From contig BROI01000019.1 in the NCBI GenBank assembly GCA_027923505.1, positions 496,001-560,000 of the forward strand: 64,000 nucleotides of DNA, in the 5' to 3' direction. This stretch comes from Mayamaea pseudoterrestris (lineage: Eukaryota). The notes beneath the pieces were generated by a model that had not been told where the DNA came from, did not search any database, and saw only the letters and a list, made by a program, of their open reading frames with translations. Of the stretch, positions 11,699 through 23,608 are shown one piece after another; within the stretch, counting starts at the first letter, position 1; the number at the start of each line of letters is the position of its first letter. The translations under genes and the position numbers were made by a program.

Positions 11699-12817
11699 TT
11701 ACGTTTCCATTGCATTTGGTGTACGATTGGCGTTTCCAAACGGCGTTGTCATTTTGCCGGGAGTACGACCGAGACGAGACGGCGTCGTACCCTTTGTCGC
11801 CGCCGCCTTTGGTCCTGTCAGCAGTGCGAGGAGGGCACTGGCCTCATTTTCGTCATCGGTGCAAACCTTGGTCATTTCGCGGAGACGTTCCTCCAGTGTC
11901 GTCTTTGGTTTCTTGAACTGGCCAAGCAAGTAGACGCCATCAGTGTCCGTAGCAGACGTTGATCGCTTCGTGGAAAGTTCCTCCAAGAGCGCTTGGCCAT
12001 GATGAATCGAATCAATCAAGCGCGGCTGCTGCTCGACGACTCGTGCCACTGGTTGCACTATTTGTGATGGCGCATCACTCAACACCTTTTGCAATGACGC
12101 GGATGCGAACGACGCCAAGTCTTGGGCAGCCTCCCAGTCCTTGGTTGCCTGCTCCAGTGCAGCTCGCTGCTCGACGATGAGTGCGTATTGACGACGCATG
12201 TCCAGAATTTCCTGCTCGAGCGCAGTCACTTGCTCACTCGTCGGAACGTTGCACGACGACGGAAAGTCCAACTGCTCATCGTCATGATTCTCATCCAGTT
12301 CTGGTAGTTCCAATAGTTCAGGAATACATCCTTCCTTAAGCTCCTGGTGCAAACGCAACACTTCTTCGACGCGCGACGGTGCATGCTTGCGCAAGGTGAA
12401 AATGTTGCAGTCGCAGTAGGTTTCAAAGATGCGAACGTTTCTCATGAATTTTCGATGGAGCAGCTTCTTCATGACTTGCTGCTTGTTCAAGTCGAGGGCG
12501 GGCAGTGTGGAAACGCCCTGGTCAATGGCAGAATCAATGCAGCTTGCCAAGTGGTTGGTAATGTCAATGTTCATGGTATTAAAGAGAGTCTTGTCGGCCT
12601 CCATTGCAGCAGTTTCCGGCAAATCGCTATAAGAAGTGTACTTTGGTGCTCGCAGAGCCGATTTGGGCGCAGTTGGACTACTGCTGTTAGCATCCATGCC
12701 TTCGTTGCTCATCGCCATGGTCAACAAGTTGTCATGCAACGAGACGGTCGGACGACGGCGCAACCGTTGCAAGAGAAAGATACTGTCCCACCATGATCTA
12801 GTCTCGACAAAGCGCAT
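11699..12817 (-). CDS. Probable Mis12-family kinetochore protein; true start is probably the downstream MAMSNE
   Basis: DITN segment and FETYCDCNIFTL resemble the Mis12 F..FE.Y...NIF motif, followed by a coiled coil; TP-rich C-terminus. Confidence 0.55.
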   Translation of the reverse strand: MRFVETRSWWDSIFLLQRLRRRPTVSLHDNLLTMAMSNEGMDANSSSPTAPKSALRAPKYTSYSDLPETAAMEADKTLFNTMNIDITNHLASCIDSAIDQGVSTLPALDLNKQQVMKKLLHRKFMRNVRIFETYCDCNIFTLRKHAPSRVEEVLRLHQELKEGCIPELLELPELDENHDDEQLDFPSSCNVPTSEQVTALEQEILDMRRQYALIVEQRAALEQATKDWEAAQDLASFASASLQKVLSDAPSQIVQPVARVVEQQPRLIDSIHHGQALLEELSTKRSTSATDTDGVYLLGQFKKPKTTLEERLREMTKVCTDDENEASALLALLTGPKAAATKGTTPSRLGRTPGKMTTPFGNANRTPNAMET

Positions 12818-13266
12818 ATGAAAAGTGCCAAGTGCGCGCGTTTTCGCGACGCGCTCGACGATTCGAAGGATCTTCCATGAACTCGAAAGAGATCTTTGCT
12901 AAACCACCATTGTGGCTGCATACAATTGTTGATTCGAGCCATACTAAACGAGTCAGACACGACGAAAGCATCATGTAAGTTATAATGCACGATTAACTGG
13001 CAAGCGCTTCAAGAGACTTGCTGGAAAATGCTGTTTCCTTTCTTGCTTTACGTTGAGTCAGCGTTCATGCTTGGTCGTCGAGAGTTCGTTGGAACTCTGC
13101 CTGGTAATTGCTGATCATTTTTAGTTTGTTCGTTGATGGCATTATACGCTTGCGGTACTTGTCTAACGTTGACTTCATGCTCGCTTATATGCTTCCAATA
13201 GTACATTTGCTTGTCGTTGCCAATTCCATTCATTCATCAACACCACAAATCAACAACATCAACAAC

Positions 13267-14838
13267 ATGTCAAGCAACGACAATAGCAAAAAGTGCGACA
13301 TTGGCTTGTACGGCTTGGCCGTCATGGGCCAAAACTTTGCCCTCAACATGGCCGACCACGGCTTTTCCGTCTGCGTCAGCAACCGCACGCCCTCCAAGGT
13401 GGATGACACGCTCCAGCGCGCCAAGGCCGAGGGAGACTTGCCCATTGTCGGGGCCAAATCGCCGAAGGAGTTTTGCGCCAATTTGAGCAAACCGCGCAAG
13501 ATTGTTATTTTGGTGCAGGCGGGTAAACCAGTGGATGAAACGATTGAAAAGTTGGTGGAGTTCTTGGAGAAGGGTGATGTCATTATTGATGGCGGCAATG
13601 AGTGGTACCCCAATCAGATTCGTCGCCATGAGGAACTTGCGAAGAAGGGAATCATGTTTGTCGGCATGGGCATTTCGGGAGGAGAGGAAGGAGCCAGAAA
13701 TGGCCCAAGTCTCATGCCGGGTGGTCCAAAGGAGGCGTACGACATTATTGAGCCGATCATCACCAAGTGCGCCGCTCAGGTCAAGGGAGAAGCATGCACT
13801 GGATACTGCGGACCCATTGGAGCTGGAAACTATGTCAAGATGGTGCACAATGGCATTGAGTATGGCGATATGCAATTGATTAGCGAGGTTTACGACATTC
13901 TCAAGGTAAATAAGACGATCGATCGATCGATCCAATTTTTGTAAAAAGGAAAGCGACTTTAATCTTGTCTCGTTCCATCTACACAGAACGTTGTCGGCTT
14001 GAACAATGATGAAATGGCCAAGCTCTTTGAGAAATGGAACACTGGCGACCTTGACTCGTACTTGATCGAGATTACTACCAAGGTTCTTTCGAAAAAGGAC
14101 GACAAGTCGGACGATGGCAGTTACGTGGTGGACAAGATTCTCGACAAGACGGGCATGAAGGGAACTGGTCGCTGGACGGTGCAGGAAGCGGCCGAGCAAA
14201 GTGTTCCGGGATCCGTCATTGCAGCGGCACTTGACAGTCGCTACATTTCTGGTCGCAAGGATGAACGCGTCGAAGCATCCAAGGTTTTGAACGGGCCAAC
14301 GGATGAGCTCCAAAACATTGAAAAGGAGCAGATTATCAATGACTTGGAGTCGGCTTTATATGCGGCCAAGGTTACCTCGTATGCGCAGGGTATGAGCTTG
14401 ATCAAGGCTGCTTCCGACAAGCATAAATGGAACGTGGACTTGTCTCTGTGTGCAAGCATGTGGCGCGGTGGTTGCATTATTCGGGCGGCACTCTTGCACA
14501 AGATTACCGATGCGCTTGCCAAGAACAAGGACTTGACCAATCTGCTTCTTGACCCTGGCTTTTCCGCCGAAATGAATGATCGTCAAATGTCGTGGCGCCG
14601 GATTGTAACGCTTGGCGTTGCAAGTGGCATTGCTACGCCTGGATTCTCGGCTGGCTTGACCTACTACGACCAGTATCGCCGTGCTCGTCTTCCGGCTAAC
14701 TTAATTCAAGCGCAACGCGACTTTTTCGGCGGTCATACGTTCGAGCGCACGGACATGGAGGGAACGTTTCACGTCTTGTGGGACGAGTCGCACAAGGATA
14801 TTGGCGACTTGACGGGTCGACGAGCCGGTGAGCTCTAA
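13267..14838 (+). CDS. gnd: 6-phosphogluconate dehydrogenase, decarboxylating; exons 13267-13905, 13987-14838
   Basis: GLAVMGQN, IDGGNEWY, SGGEEGARNGPSLMPGG, KMVHNGIEYGDMQ, KGTGRWT, WRGGCIIR, QAQRDFFGGH. Confidence 0.98.
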
Positions 14839-14900
14839 AGTATTTGTCAACACATGCACGCGTTTAACAGTTAGATTTATCATTATGCTATTTCATTTAG

Positions 14901-15789
14901 TCAATCACCCTTCTTGTTTGACCTGCTCTTTACCATGAAATCGCCCCGCTCGTACGGACCATTCTCGGTTTCCCAAGCTTCGCACTCATCCGAAAACTCG
15001 TTCATTTCACACTTGCAAGAAGAAACATCAGTGAGTATACAGACGAATCTAACTGTTGAATGGTAATGCATTGTCACGCAACACACTTACTGGATTGATT
15101 TCACCAAACTGTTGACCTCCGGGATAGGAAATGACTCGCAGACTCTCAAAGCTGAGTGGTCCAATGCCATTGTCGTACTGAGTCAAGTCTCGTTCCTTTG
15201 GAACAGCGGCAATGAACTCGAACTGAATCTTCTTATCGGTCGATTTGATCAGCTCAATCATGGCGAACTGACCAGCATCCGTGTTTAAATCGGGGTTATT
15301 GGCCAGCACCGAGTCGCCCGATGCGCCATCTAGGACGAAACCGTAGACGCCAGCCTTGTCCATGTTTTTGGGCGGCGCTTCGAGCAAGTCGGCGTTGACT
15401 GTCACGCACAAGCCTCGCATGCCTTTCATTGCCTGCTGTCCTGGAATTGGCTTGTTGGGAGGACATGGCTGGGCCGTGTAACTGGTTGGTTTCATGGCAA
15501 TCTTGATGGGTCCAACGGCGTTGGCTTGTGTTGGACTTCCTGCTGATGTGGTTGCCACGGAAAGCACTGCTGCCGTTGTGGAAAGGAAAAAGTTGCGACG
15601 GTTCGCAACAGCAGATTGTGAATTTGATGCCAACTGTTCATGGCAGGCGAAACGCTGAAGCAATTTATCCTGCTTGTCATGTGATGCTTCAAGAAGATTC
15701 GACGAAGCTCGAGTCGAGGTGCGACTGAGTGGTTGAAAGGCAGAGCAAAGGAGTAGGCAGCAGAGTGATAGCAGGGAGAGACGAAACAT
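14901..15789 (-). CDS. Probable thylakoid-lumen protein of unknown function; exons 15789-15091, 15011-14901
   Basis: Signal peptide ending CSA-FQP, twin-arginine NRRNFF plus hydrophobic stretch and ANA cleavage site; GTAAGT...AAG intron gives INP-CEMNEF. Confidence 0.75.
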
Positions 15790-16202
15790 GGTCTTGAGGA
15801 TTAAGACAGAATTGAAGTTTAATTCTTTCGTTGTAGCGCTATTGTCACCTTCCTTGAAGTGTGGATATGCTCATGGTGATGGATGCAAATGAGGTGGAAA
15901 GCTGGATGCGTTCTGTCGGTCGCGGTGAGACTTTGAGAAAGTCGTAACGCGCGAGCACACGACTGCGACAACTTGCAATAATAGGCATAGGCAAGCAATC
16001 AAGCATCGTTTGCGAATACACTGGTTACAAAAGTGTAATGGTACGTATGTTAAAGTTGCTCGAGTATGAGATTCCAGCAAGCCTTGACTTACATGCAGGC
16101 AGCTCAGTCGGGTTAGGTGCAGAGCTACGTAGCACCCACTTTTACAATTAGATCAAAACATGAAACTGGATCACTATCTGCCAACCATTTAAGCAGTACC
16201 GC

Positions 16203-16961
16203 CTATCCGAAAGCAGCCTTGGCCATGTTGACATCCTCGTTGGATTTCTTGGTAGCCTTGCCGGTTTCCTTCCATGCCTTCTCGCGCTCATGCTGTTCCT
16301 TGCGGATTTCGGACTCAATCACTGCGGTTGCCATGTTGACATTCTTCAAGTCGCTCTTGGTAGTCTTGCCAGTCTCCTTCCAAGCCTTTTCGCGTTCATG
16401 CTGTTCCTTGCGAATCTCAGACTCAATGACGGCAGTCGCCATGTTGACGTCTTCGTTGGATTTCTTGGTGGCCTTGCCAGTCTCCTTCCAAGCCTTTTCA
16501 CGCTCGTGCTGTTCCTTGCGAATCTCATTCTCAATGACTGCCGTTGCCATGTTCACATTCTTCAAGTCACTCTTGGTAGACCGACCAGTCTCCTTCCAGT
16601 CTTTTTCGCGGCCATGCTGCTCCTTGCGAATCTCGCTCTCCGCAGTGTCGGTAATGTTGACATCCTTGAGGCTTGTCAAAGTGGCGCGGACCGTGTTCTT
16701 TTCGTTCTTCTCGCGATCAAAGTCGGCCTTTCTCGAGTTGGTTTCGGCAGTCTCGGTAATATTCACGTCCTTGAGGTTTGACTTGGTTGCCGTCTGGGTT
16801 GCCTTCCATCCCTTTTCACGGTCAAAGTCAGCCTTTCGTGAGTTCGTCTCGGCAGTCTCGGTAATGTTGACATTCTTGAGGTTGGCCTTTTCTTCGCGCA
16901 TTTTGGCCTTCATTGCATCCTTCTCCTTGTTCTTGTTCATAAAAAAGAGCATTTCCGCCAT
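16203..16961 (-). CDS. Hydrophilic protein of six 35/36-aa tandem repeats, intronless paralog
   Basis: Repeats of LKNVN(I/M)..A.E.EIRKEQHEREK.WKETG..TKS with synonymous third-position variation between units. Confidence 0.85.
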   Translation of the reverse strand: MAEMLFFMNKNKEKDAMKAKMREEKANLKNVNITETAETNSRKADFDREKGWKATQTATKSNLKDVNITETAETNSRKADFDREKNEKNTVRATLTSLKDVNITDTAESEIRKEQHGREKDWKETGRSTKSDLKNVNMATAVIENEIRKEQHEREKAWKETGKATKKSNEDVNMATAVIESEIRKEQHEREKAWKETGKTTKSDLKNVNMATAVIESEIRKEQHEREKAWKETGKATKKSNEDVNMAKAAFG

Positions 16962-17417
16962 GATTGCGCGTTGTTTCGATTAAAATAAAAGGAGCGAGAG
17001 AAGCAAATGTGTTAAAAGGCTCGAATGGGAGCTGTAGGACTATACTTGTGGACTTTCAGACAAGACACTCCTTAACGAAGGGCGGCTCGGTCGCTCATCG
17101 GCAACTGGATCTTGCTTCAGAATGACCATGACCGCATGTCCAGTAGTGTTCGGGTTAATGACCATGAAAATGACTTTGGATCGTGTTTGGTGTCGCTGAT
17201 GTGTCACAAGCGTCACCTTCAACGTGGCAGCGTCATCCTTCCGCCACTGCCCTCGACGGCGCGACGGAACAAAAACCACTCACACCTCCATCGAGTCGTC
17301 GTTGCTGCTGAAGCGGCGACTTTTCTACTCCATAACGAAGCAATTGCTGCCTTGACGACAGAGAAGTACGCGAAATCGCTTAATTCTATTGTATATATAA
17401 TCGAAAGACGCGAAATC

Positions 17418-18098
17418 ATGGCGGACTGGATGGTAAGTGCACTCAGAGTCTTTACGATCAGTCTCTTGAATGACCGACAAGCCTTCCAGCTGACATATGA
17501 TGCCTACAAATGCTACAGTTTTATATGAACAAGAACAAGGAGAAGGAGGCCATCAAAGCCAAGGAACGTGAGGAAAGGGCCAAACTGAAGAACGTTACTA
17601 TTACCGAGACTGCCGAAACGAGTGTCCGTAAGGAGCAGCATGAGCGCGAAAAGGGATGGAAGGAGACTGGTCGCTCAACAAAGAATGATTTGAAGAATAT
17701 TCTCATCACAGATACGGCAGAGACTGACATTCGGTAGGTTTATGGAGGTTCATTTGCTTGTCAGGCTCGTTCTGCATACTTAAAAGTTGACGAGTCGCTG
17801 CAGATTCGTTGCTCATCGCGGCACATCATCTGTACCAACATGGTCACAATGGCTCTGACTGACTGTTCCCTTCTACTTGTCCTATCACAGAAAGGCCCAA
17901 TTCCAGCAGGAGAAGGATTGGAAGGAGACTGGTCGCGCTACAAAGAGCGACTTGAAGAATGTCAACATGGCAACCGCTGTCATTGAGACTGAGATTCGAA
18001 AGGAGCAGCATGAACGTGAAAAGGCATGGAAAGAAACCAATAAAGCGACGAAAAAGTCGAATGAGGATGTCAACATGGCCAAGGCAGCGTTTGGGTAA
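17418..18098 (+). CDS. Hydrophilic protein of three 35/36-aa repeats; exons 17418-17432, 17519-17733, 17891-18098
   Basis: Splicing gives MADWMFYMNKNKEK...NEDVNMAKAAFG, colinear with the 16203-16961 protein; canonical GT-AG introns. Confidence 0.85.
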
Positions 18099-18380
18099 AG
18101 AAAAGGGCTGTCTGTTGATTGTTGGTGAAGCCTCGTCCGAGGCTGGTGTTGTATGTGAGTCAAATTGTTAGACTGGGATCGGACGTGTTATTAGATACAA
18201 AGGACAATAATCTTCTGTGTTAGCAATTACACTTGACTACATAATGTATATTCAGTCATACTATGTATACCAAATATGAGAAAGTCCTCTGGCAATCGCC
18301 ACGAAACCGCTGTGACGTTGTCACACAAATTCTTTGCAAATGCCGACCATGAACCATGACACTTCCACTTCGCCACCATC

Positions 18381-19250
18381 ATGACCGACCCACTTACCAA
18401 GTTGCCATTTTCTCCAGCTGCTCGAGCCTTTTTTGCAGCCCTTGACTTGAACCCGTCGTCGCAAACTGTCAATACGAGCAGCAGTCTCATCAAGAAACGC
18501 ATCTCGACACTTGGATGGCGCAATCGCTACAGTCAAGACGAAAGCTATCCAATCACTGTACATTCACGTCAATTTTCAGTCAGACAAGTCCAACGCGGCG
18601 AAATTGACGAAACGTATGGAACTGGAGCTACAGTTTGGCCGGCGGCTGTCGTCTTGATCAAGTATTTGGAGAAGCACCAGCAACTCGTGAAAGACAAGAT
18701 TGTCGTGGACCTTGGAGCCGGCACTGGCGTAACGAGTATTGCTGCGGCGATGCTTGGAGCAAAGCAGGTTGTCTGTACGGATGGAGAAGACAGCGTCGTC
18801 AGTCTAGCCAGAGACAATGTACGAAGCGCTCAGAAGCAATTGGAGGCACATCAGTGCGACAACATTATTTCGCCAGAATCGTCCATGCGAAGCGACTGCA
18901 TTCTGATTGACAACTGTCCGATTCATGTACAAAAGTACTGGTGGGGTAAAGATCGGCTGGATGAAGACACCATTGGTCGCGTTGATGTTGTTCTTGTCGC
19001 TGATTGCGTCTTGCCAAAGCTGTATCCCATTGGTCCCCTCGTCGATGCCATTGACCAGCTCCTAGTGTCGCCCGATGCGTTTGCTTTGTTGTCATATGAG
19101 CATCGCCATTTTGCCGAATATGATCCACGCGACAAGTTTAAAGAGCTGGCACTTGCAAAAAATCTACTACTGACTGTCATTTCAATGGAGGAGCAAGATT
19201 CGGTGTATTCGGTCGACGACATTGAATTATGGCGCGTGCAACGGAGATAA
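18381..19250 (+). CDS. METTL21-like (Methyltransf_16) protein-lysine methyltransferase
   Basis: TGATVWPAAVVL, VVDLGAGTG, CTD, WWG, VADCV. Confidence 0.9.
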   Translation: MTDPLTKLPFSPAARAFFAALDLNPSSQTVNTSSSLIKKRISTLGWRNRYSQDESYPITVHSRQFSVRQVQRGEIDETYGTGATVWPAAVVLIKYLEKHQQLVKDKIVVDLGAGTGVTSIAAAMLGAKQVVCTDGEDSVVSLARDNVRSAQKQLEAHQCDNIISPESSMRSDCILIDNCPIHVQKYWWGKDRLDEDTIGRVDVVLVADCVLPKLYPIGPLVDAIDQLLVSPDAFALLSYEHRHFAEYDPRDKFKELALAKNLLLTVISMEEQDSVYSVDDIELWRVQRR

Positions 19251-19908
19251 TTGCGGGTGTACATACGGTAGGGATGAGTTGCTTCTTTTGCACGGCAAGT
19301 CGAAACTATATAATTTTTACGCGTGATTTGTTAAGAATGGCGCTATCTTGAAGAGCATTGAGAGCGGCTCGTTATGGAGGTACGCAACCGCAAAAGGGAT
19401 GATACAATGCGAAAGATGACATCATTATATTGGTCAGATAGTTATTCATGGGTATGATGATGCAACTTTTGGCAAGACAATGCGGCCTGCCTGCGAATGT
19501 GTTCGTTGAGTCCCTTTGCACTGGGACAGACTCGGTGCCGAAGTGCTCCATCTACTTTACCAATTCGTGCGACAGATGAACCACGGCAAAGCAACAGTTT
19601 CTCACTACACTTTTGGCATTTAATGACGAATCAACTTTAAAGATAGCGCAATATAAGCAATGGAAGTAAAGAACTGAAGAATTGCTGTCAGCAGCAGGCC
19701 CAGCGTTGCACGGCAAATAGAGTTACGGAGTATATGTTATTAGCAAGATCAGCCCCATCTCGAGCCTGACTGCTGCTGGGATTGTTACAGTAGCATATTA
19801 TTACGAAGATATCAAATATCAACTGTATGTTGATCTGACAGGTAGCGATCGTTCGCATCGAATATCCAAGAAACTAAAACAGTTTCAGCTGACGCTTCTC
19901 TCAAAATT

Positions 19909-20622
19909 TTACTCGTCCTTGTTGCTCGACGAGAAGAAGGAGCTGAGTCGGTAGTGATCGCCGTCGCTTTCGTTGTCGTCGTCATCTTTTTTCGACTTGC
20001 GTTTCTTGGATGTTCGCTTGCGCCGTCGATCGTTATCGCTTTCGTCGTCACGCCGCCGCGACCGTTTCCGGTGCTTGCTGCTGCTCTTTTTGCGCTTCCG
20101 TCGCTCATGTTTCGAACTGCTGCTGCTACTATCACTATCGCTGCTAGACTCGTCGTCTGATTCTTCACTGCTACTGTCACTGCGGTGATGTTTTCGTCGC
20201 TTTTTACTACTCTTCTTCTTTTTCTTGCTCGCCTTATTTTCACTCGCATGATTCCTTCCCCGACTCAATATTCTGTCTCGCTGCGCATCCAGTTGATTCC
20301 GATACTCTACCATTTTCTGTTGGTCGACTCCCTCCAAATTGAGCTTGTCCTGGTTGAGTTCCTTGTAGGCTTCCCAGGTGGGTCGGTTGGGGTCGTCAAG
20401 CTTGTCGCGGACGGTGCGTTCGTCGGCTTGTCCGGCCATGAGGCGCATGACGGTCAACTGCATGGATGTTTGAGTAGTAGCTGGAGCATTGGATGTTGCT
20501 GCAGCATTGGGTGCAGCGCCAATGGTTGGTTGCGGCGCTGGAAGAGGCGCCGGTCGAACGGCCGGATGGTGCGGGCGTGACTCGATTCTGCTGTAGTCGA
20601 CGAGTGACTTTTTCTTGGACAT
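19909..20622 (-). CDS. FAM133-like Lys/Ser/Arg-rich nuclear protein
   Basis: DPNRPTWE.YKE motif, K/S/R low-complexity tail, YRLSSFF end. Confidence 0.75.
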   Translation of the reverse strand: MSKKKSLVDYSRIESRPHHPAVRPAPLPAPQPTIGAAPNAAATSNAPATTQTSMQLTVMRLMAGQADERTVRDKLDDPNRPTWEAYKELNQDKLNLEGVDQQKMVEYRNQLDAQRDRILSRGRNHASENKASKKKKKSSKKRRKHHRSDSSSEESDDESSSDSDSSSSSSKHERRKRKKSSSKHRKRSRRRDDESDNDRRRKRTSKKRKSKKDDDDNESDGDHYRLSSFFSSSNKDE

Positions 20623-21135
20623 GGTGACTGAATATATTGCAGTGTCGTCTTGGAACGAGCAGGTCAAGCAGCAAACAGTAATGATTAGAGGAAAATGGTG
20701 GTCGTGCCGATGGTTTTAATTTTTAATTGATGCGTGACGCGAGAATTTTTTGATGGATGGACCTGAGTAACGATAAGACGTTGCATTCGACTCTCTGGCG
20801 CTCGATGAGTTTCAAAGTCGTTCGCTAAAACTTTCTATGCGAACGCCTCAAAGTACTGGATCTTCGTCAGGGCGCGCCACCATGACACATTCGAGAAGGC
20901 ATCGGCAGCAAATCTTGACATATTGGTTGCAACTTGGAACAACGATTGAGGTACGGAGTGCAATATGCATGAGAATATGCTCCTGCAACGAGCGGGCTTT
21001 GGTAAATTGGACTTTTGCTTTACTTTTCGGTTTGAATCTGTGCGAAATGATTGATTCTCATCCGTCATGCAGCGATCGTTCTTTCCTGTTCCTAATCGAT
21101 TGTCCTTTACAACAGACGATTCATTTTCAACAAGC

Positions 21136-22248
21136 ATGTGTCTATTTCCATCCTGCTACATTATCAACACGAGCGAGGTGGGCGTCATTGAACGCTTCGG
21201 CAAGTACTCGGGGCTTTCGCAGGCTGGACTCGGCTTGGTGTGCTGGCCCATTTCGTCGCTGGCGGGTCGCTTGAGCTTTCGCGTCCAGCAATTGAATGTT
21301 CGCGTCGAAACCAAGACGTTGGATAATGTATTTCGTAAGTTAATTTCAGTGATTGCGTGTATCTGGATTTTTGCAAGATGGGCAGCCGCATGCCGCATCA
21401 CTGACCTCATTCCTCATTCATCTCATTCATTCACAGTCACTGCTGTCGTTTCGGTCCAGTACCAAGTCCTTCGCGAAAAGGTGTACGAAGCATTTTACTC
21501 GCTCACCAATCCGGAGCAGCAAATCACGGCGCATGTCTACGACGAAATGTACGTGAAAATGATTGGAGAATGCGTCGTGAGTGAGTGTAGCCATTTCCAG
21601 CATGCACTCATCACTTTTAACATTTTTTTCTTGCAGGCGCTCGCAGCTTCCAAGCTTGGAACTAGATGCTGTCTTTGAGGCCAAGGAAGAACTGGCGCTC
21701 AGCGTCAAGAATGCCTTGGCGGAAATCATGAGTTCGTACGGCTACCAAATTGTGCAGGTGTTGATCACCGATTTGGATCCCGATCAGCGCGTCAAGTCGG
21801 CCATGAACGACATTAACGCCTCCAAGCGACTCAAGTTTGCCGTTGCCGAGCGTGCCGAGGGAGACAAGATTCTTCAGGTGAGTCAGGGTGTTGTGTTTGT
21901 CTATATTCTGCACTAACGATTGCTGATAGAAAAAAACTGGTCACTTTCTCAACATTTCAGGTCAAGGCGGCGGAAGCCGACGCCGAAGCAAAGTACTTGT
22001 CGGGCGTGGGAGTCGCCAAGCAGCGCAAGGCCATTGTCGATGGCCTTCGCACCTCGATTGTAAACTTTGACAATAACGTGAATACGTCAACCAAGGAGAT
22101 TGTCACCTTGCTGCTGGTGACGCAGTACTTTGATACGATTCGGGACGTTGGTTCCTCGAACAATTGCCGCACCGTCTTTGTGCCGACTTCGCATACCATG
22201 TCGGATGACTTGCGCAACTCAATCATGCAGGCGAATGCGAGTGGATAA
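21136..22248 (+). CDS. SPFH/band-7 protein (HIR-like); exons 21136-21334, 21437-21548, 21637-21877, 21961-22248
   Basis: ERFGK, VETKTLDNVF, SVQYQV, LDAVFEAK, KAAEADAEAKYLSGVGVAKQR, TQYFDT; three GT-AG introns keep frame. Confidence 0.92.
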
Positions 22249-22462
22249 TAATTAGTAAATTTCATTTAGTCTCTAGTAGCTTAGATGTTTAGCGAAATGA
22301 TTACATTTATGATGCAAGTCGGAAGGCAGCAAGAGTGTATGGCTCATTGAGAGGATGGAGTGTTGGCGACTTATGGTATCGAAAGAAAGTAATTGTTGTG
22401 TGTGCGATGTTCATCTGAAGCACCGTGACGCGTCGACCTTTCGCAGAAACCCAAATGCCTGT

Positions 22463-23608
22463 TCACTGATTTCCACAATTGTAGAGACTATTGAGTTTCT
22501 CCAGTGCGTGTCCAAAGACTTGTTCGTCAAGCTCATACACGAGCTGCTTCAAAGCTTGTCGCGTGGCAGGATCATGACTACTCGCATGCCCGCCGTCGTA
22601 GGACTCTGGCTGCAACGGAATGACATAGTCGTCACGCCCCTCGCCCGGAAACATAAAGTCCATGCTTTCATCAAAGAGGCCAAGCTGCTGACTCGCATTC
22701 GTATAGTCTTCGAAGCAAACGACCCAGGTTTTTGGAATCGAGTCTACAGCTGCCTGCTTTCGCCGCTCCATTTCCTCAAAGTACGGCTCGACACCAGCGT
22801 ACCATTTCGACAAGGCAACGTCAATGTAGACGCGCATGGAAATGTTCAAATGTTCATGCGCAATGTATCGACAGAGCGACCGTCCGCGGCGTGGCGGATA
22901 GCTGTGCGAGTACTGAAGGTACTTTTCCCAGTCAAAGTTCTTTTCGTGGCGACTGCGGTCGCCGTTGAAGGTTAACCAACATTCATGTCCCGATTGATGA
23001 TAGAGGAAACCAGATACAATGGCATCAAACATGTTTCGAACAATGATAACGTGTCGATAGTCCATGTTATTATCAACTGCTGCTACCGGTAGTTGAGAGA
23101 CTGCAATGCGATGGCGGGTAATGACTGGATCAAACGATTTGTATAGTTGCTGCGTCAATAGGTAGCCAAATTTGTGGGTACGCAGCACCTTGCGGTCGCA
23201 ACATTCTCGTTGCCTTTGAAAGCAGGAGCAGTTTTTGTTTTCGTCGTTTATGATTGTTGTATTCGTTGCAGGTGTTCGTTGATATGATGTAGTAAAGGTG
23301 CGATTCGTTCTTGACTTGATAAAAGGCCGAGGTGGTTGCTGCATTGTATCGACTGCAGGCAGTTGTCGATTTAGCGTAAAATGCGACATGAATGAGACAG
23401 CAAATGTCAATCCAATTACAATTAGCAGGATCGGACATGCTTGTTGTCGCATGGATTGTAAAGGAGGTGCATGCGCAAAAGGCTTTGGCGTTCCTGTCAA
23501 GTTGACTCGTTCGCGACTGTGGTCGTCTGCTTCCATATCGGTCTCATGATCGTTCCCGTCCTCCATAACCCTATCGCATTCGAGTGAGTCGCTCATGATG
23601 ACATGCAT
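22463..23608 (-). CDS. Type II membrane protein, probable sulfotransferase-like fold
   Basis: Single N-terminal TM; THKFG (5'-PSB-like) and VRNMFDAIVSG.LYH (3'-PB-like R...S) motifs. Confidence 0.6.
   Translation of the reverse strand: MHVIMSDSLECDRVMEDGNDHETDMEADDHSRERVNLTGTPKPFAHAPPLQSMRQQACPILLIVIGLTFAVSFMSHFTLNRQLPAVDTMQQPPRPFIKSRTNRTFTTSYQRTPATNTTIINDENKNCSCFQRQRECCDRKVLRTHKFGYLLTQQLYKSFDPVITRHRIAVSQLPVAAVDNNMDYRHVIIVRNMFDAIVSGFLYHQSGHECWLTFNGDRSRHEKNFDWEKYLQYSHSYPPRRGRSLCRYIAHEHLNISMRVYIDVALSKWYAGVEPYFEEMERRKQAAVDSIPKTWVVCFEDYTNASQQLGLFDESMDFMFPGEGRDDYVIPLQPESYDGGHASSHDPATRQALKQLVYELDEQVFGHALEKLNSLYNCGNQ

Noticed and set aside
16203..16880. 105/108-bp DNA repeats as a CRISPR-like or satellite array
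   Set aside because: No repeat-spacer structure; variation falls at synonymous codon positions, so it is a coding repeat
16117..16983. 288-aa plus-strand ORF with hydrophobic repeats
   Set aside because: Antisense shadow of the repeat protein; the paralog's splice sites and conserved caps identify the other strand as coding
19622..19677. Possible box C/D snoRNA (ATGACGA...CTGA)
   Set aside because: Short, imperfect C box, no terminal stem and no rRNA complement that I could recognise
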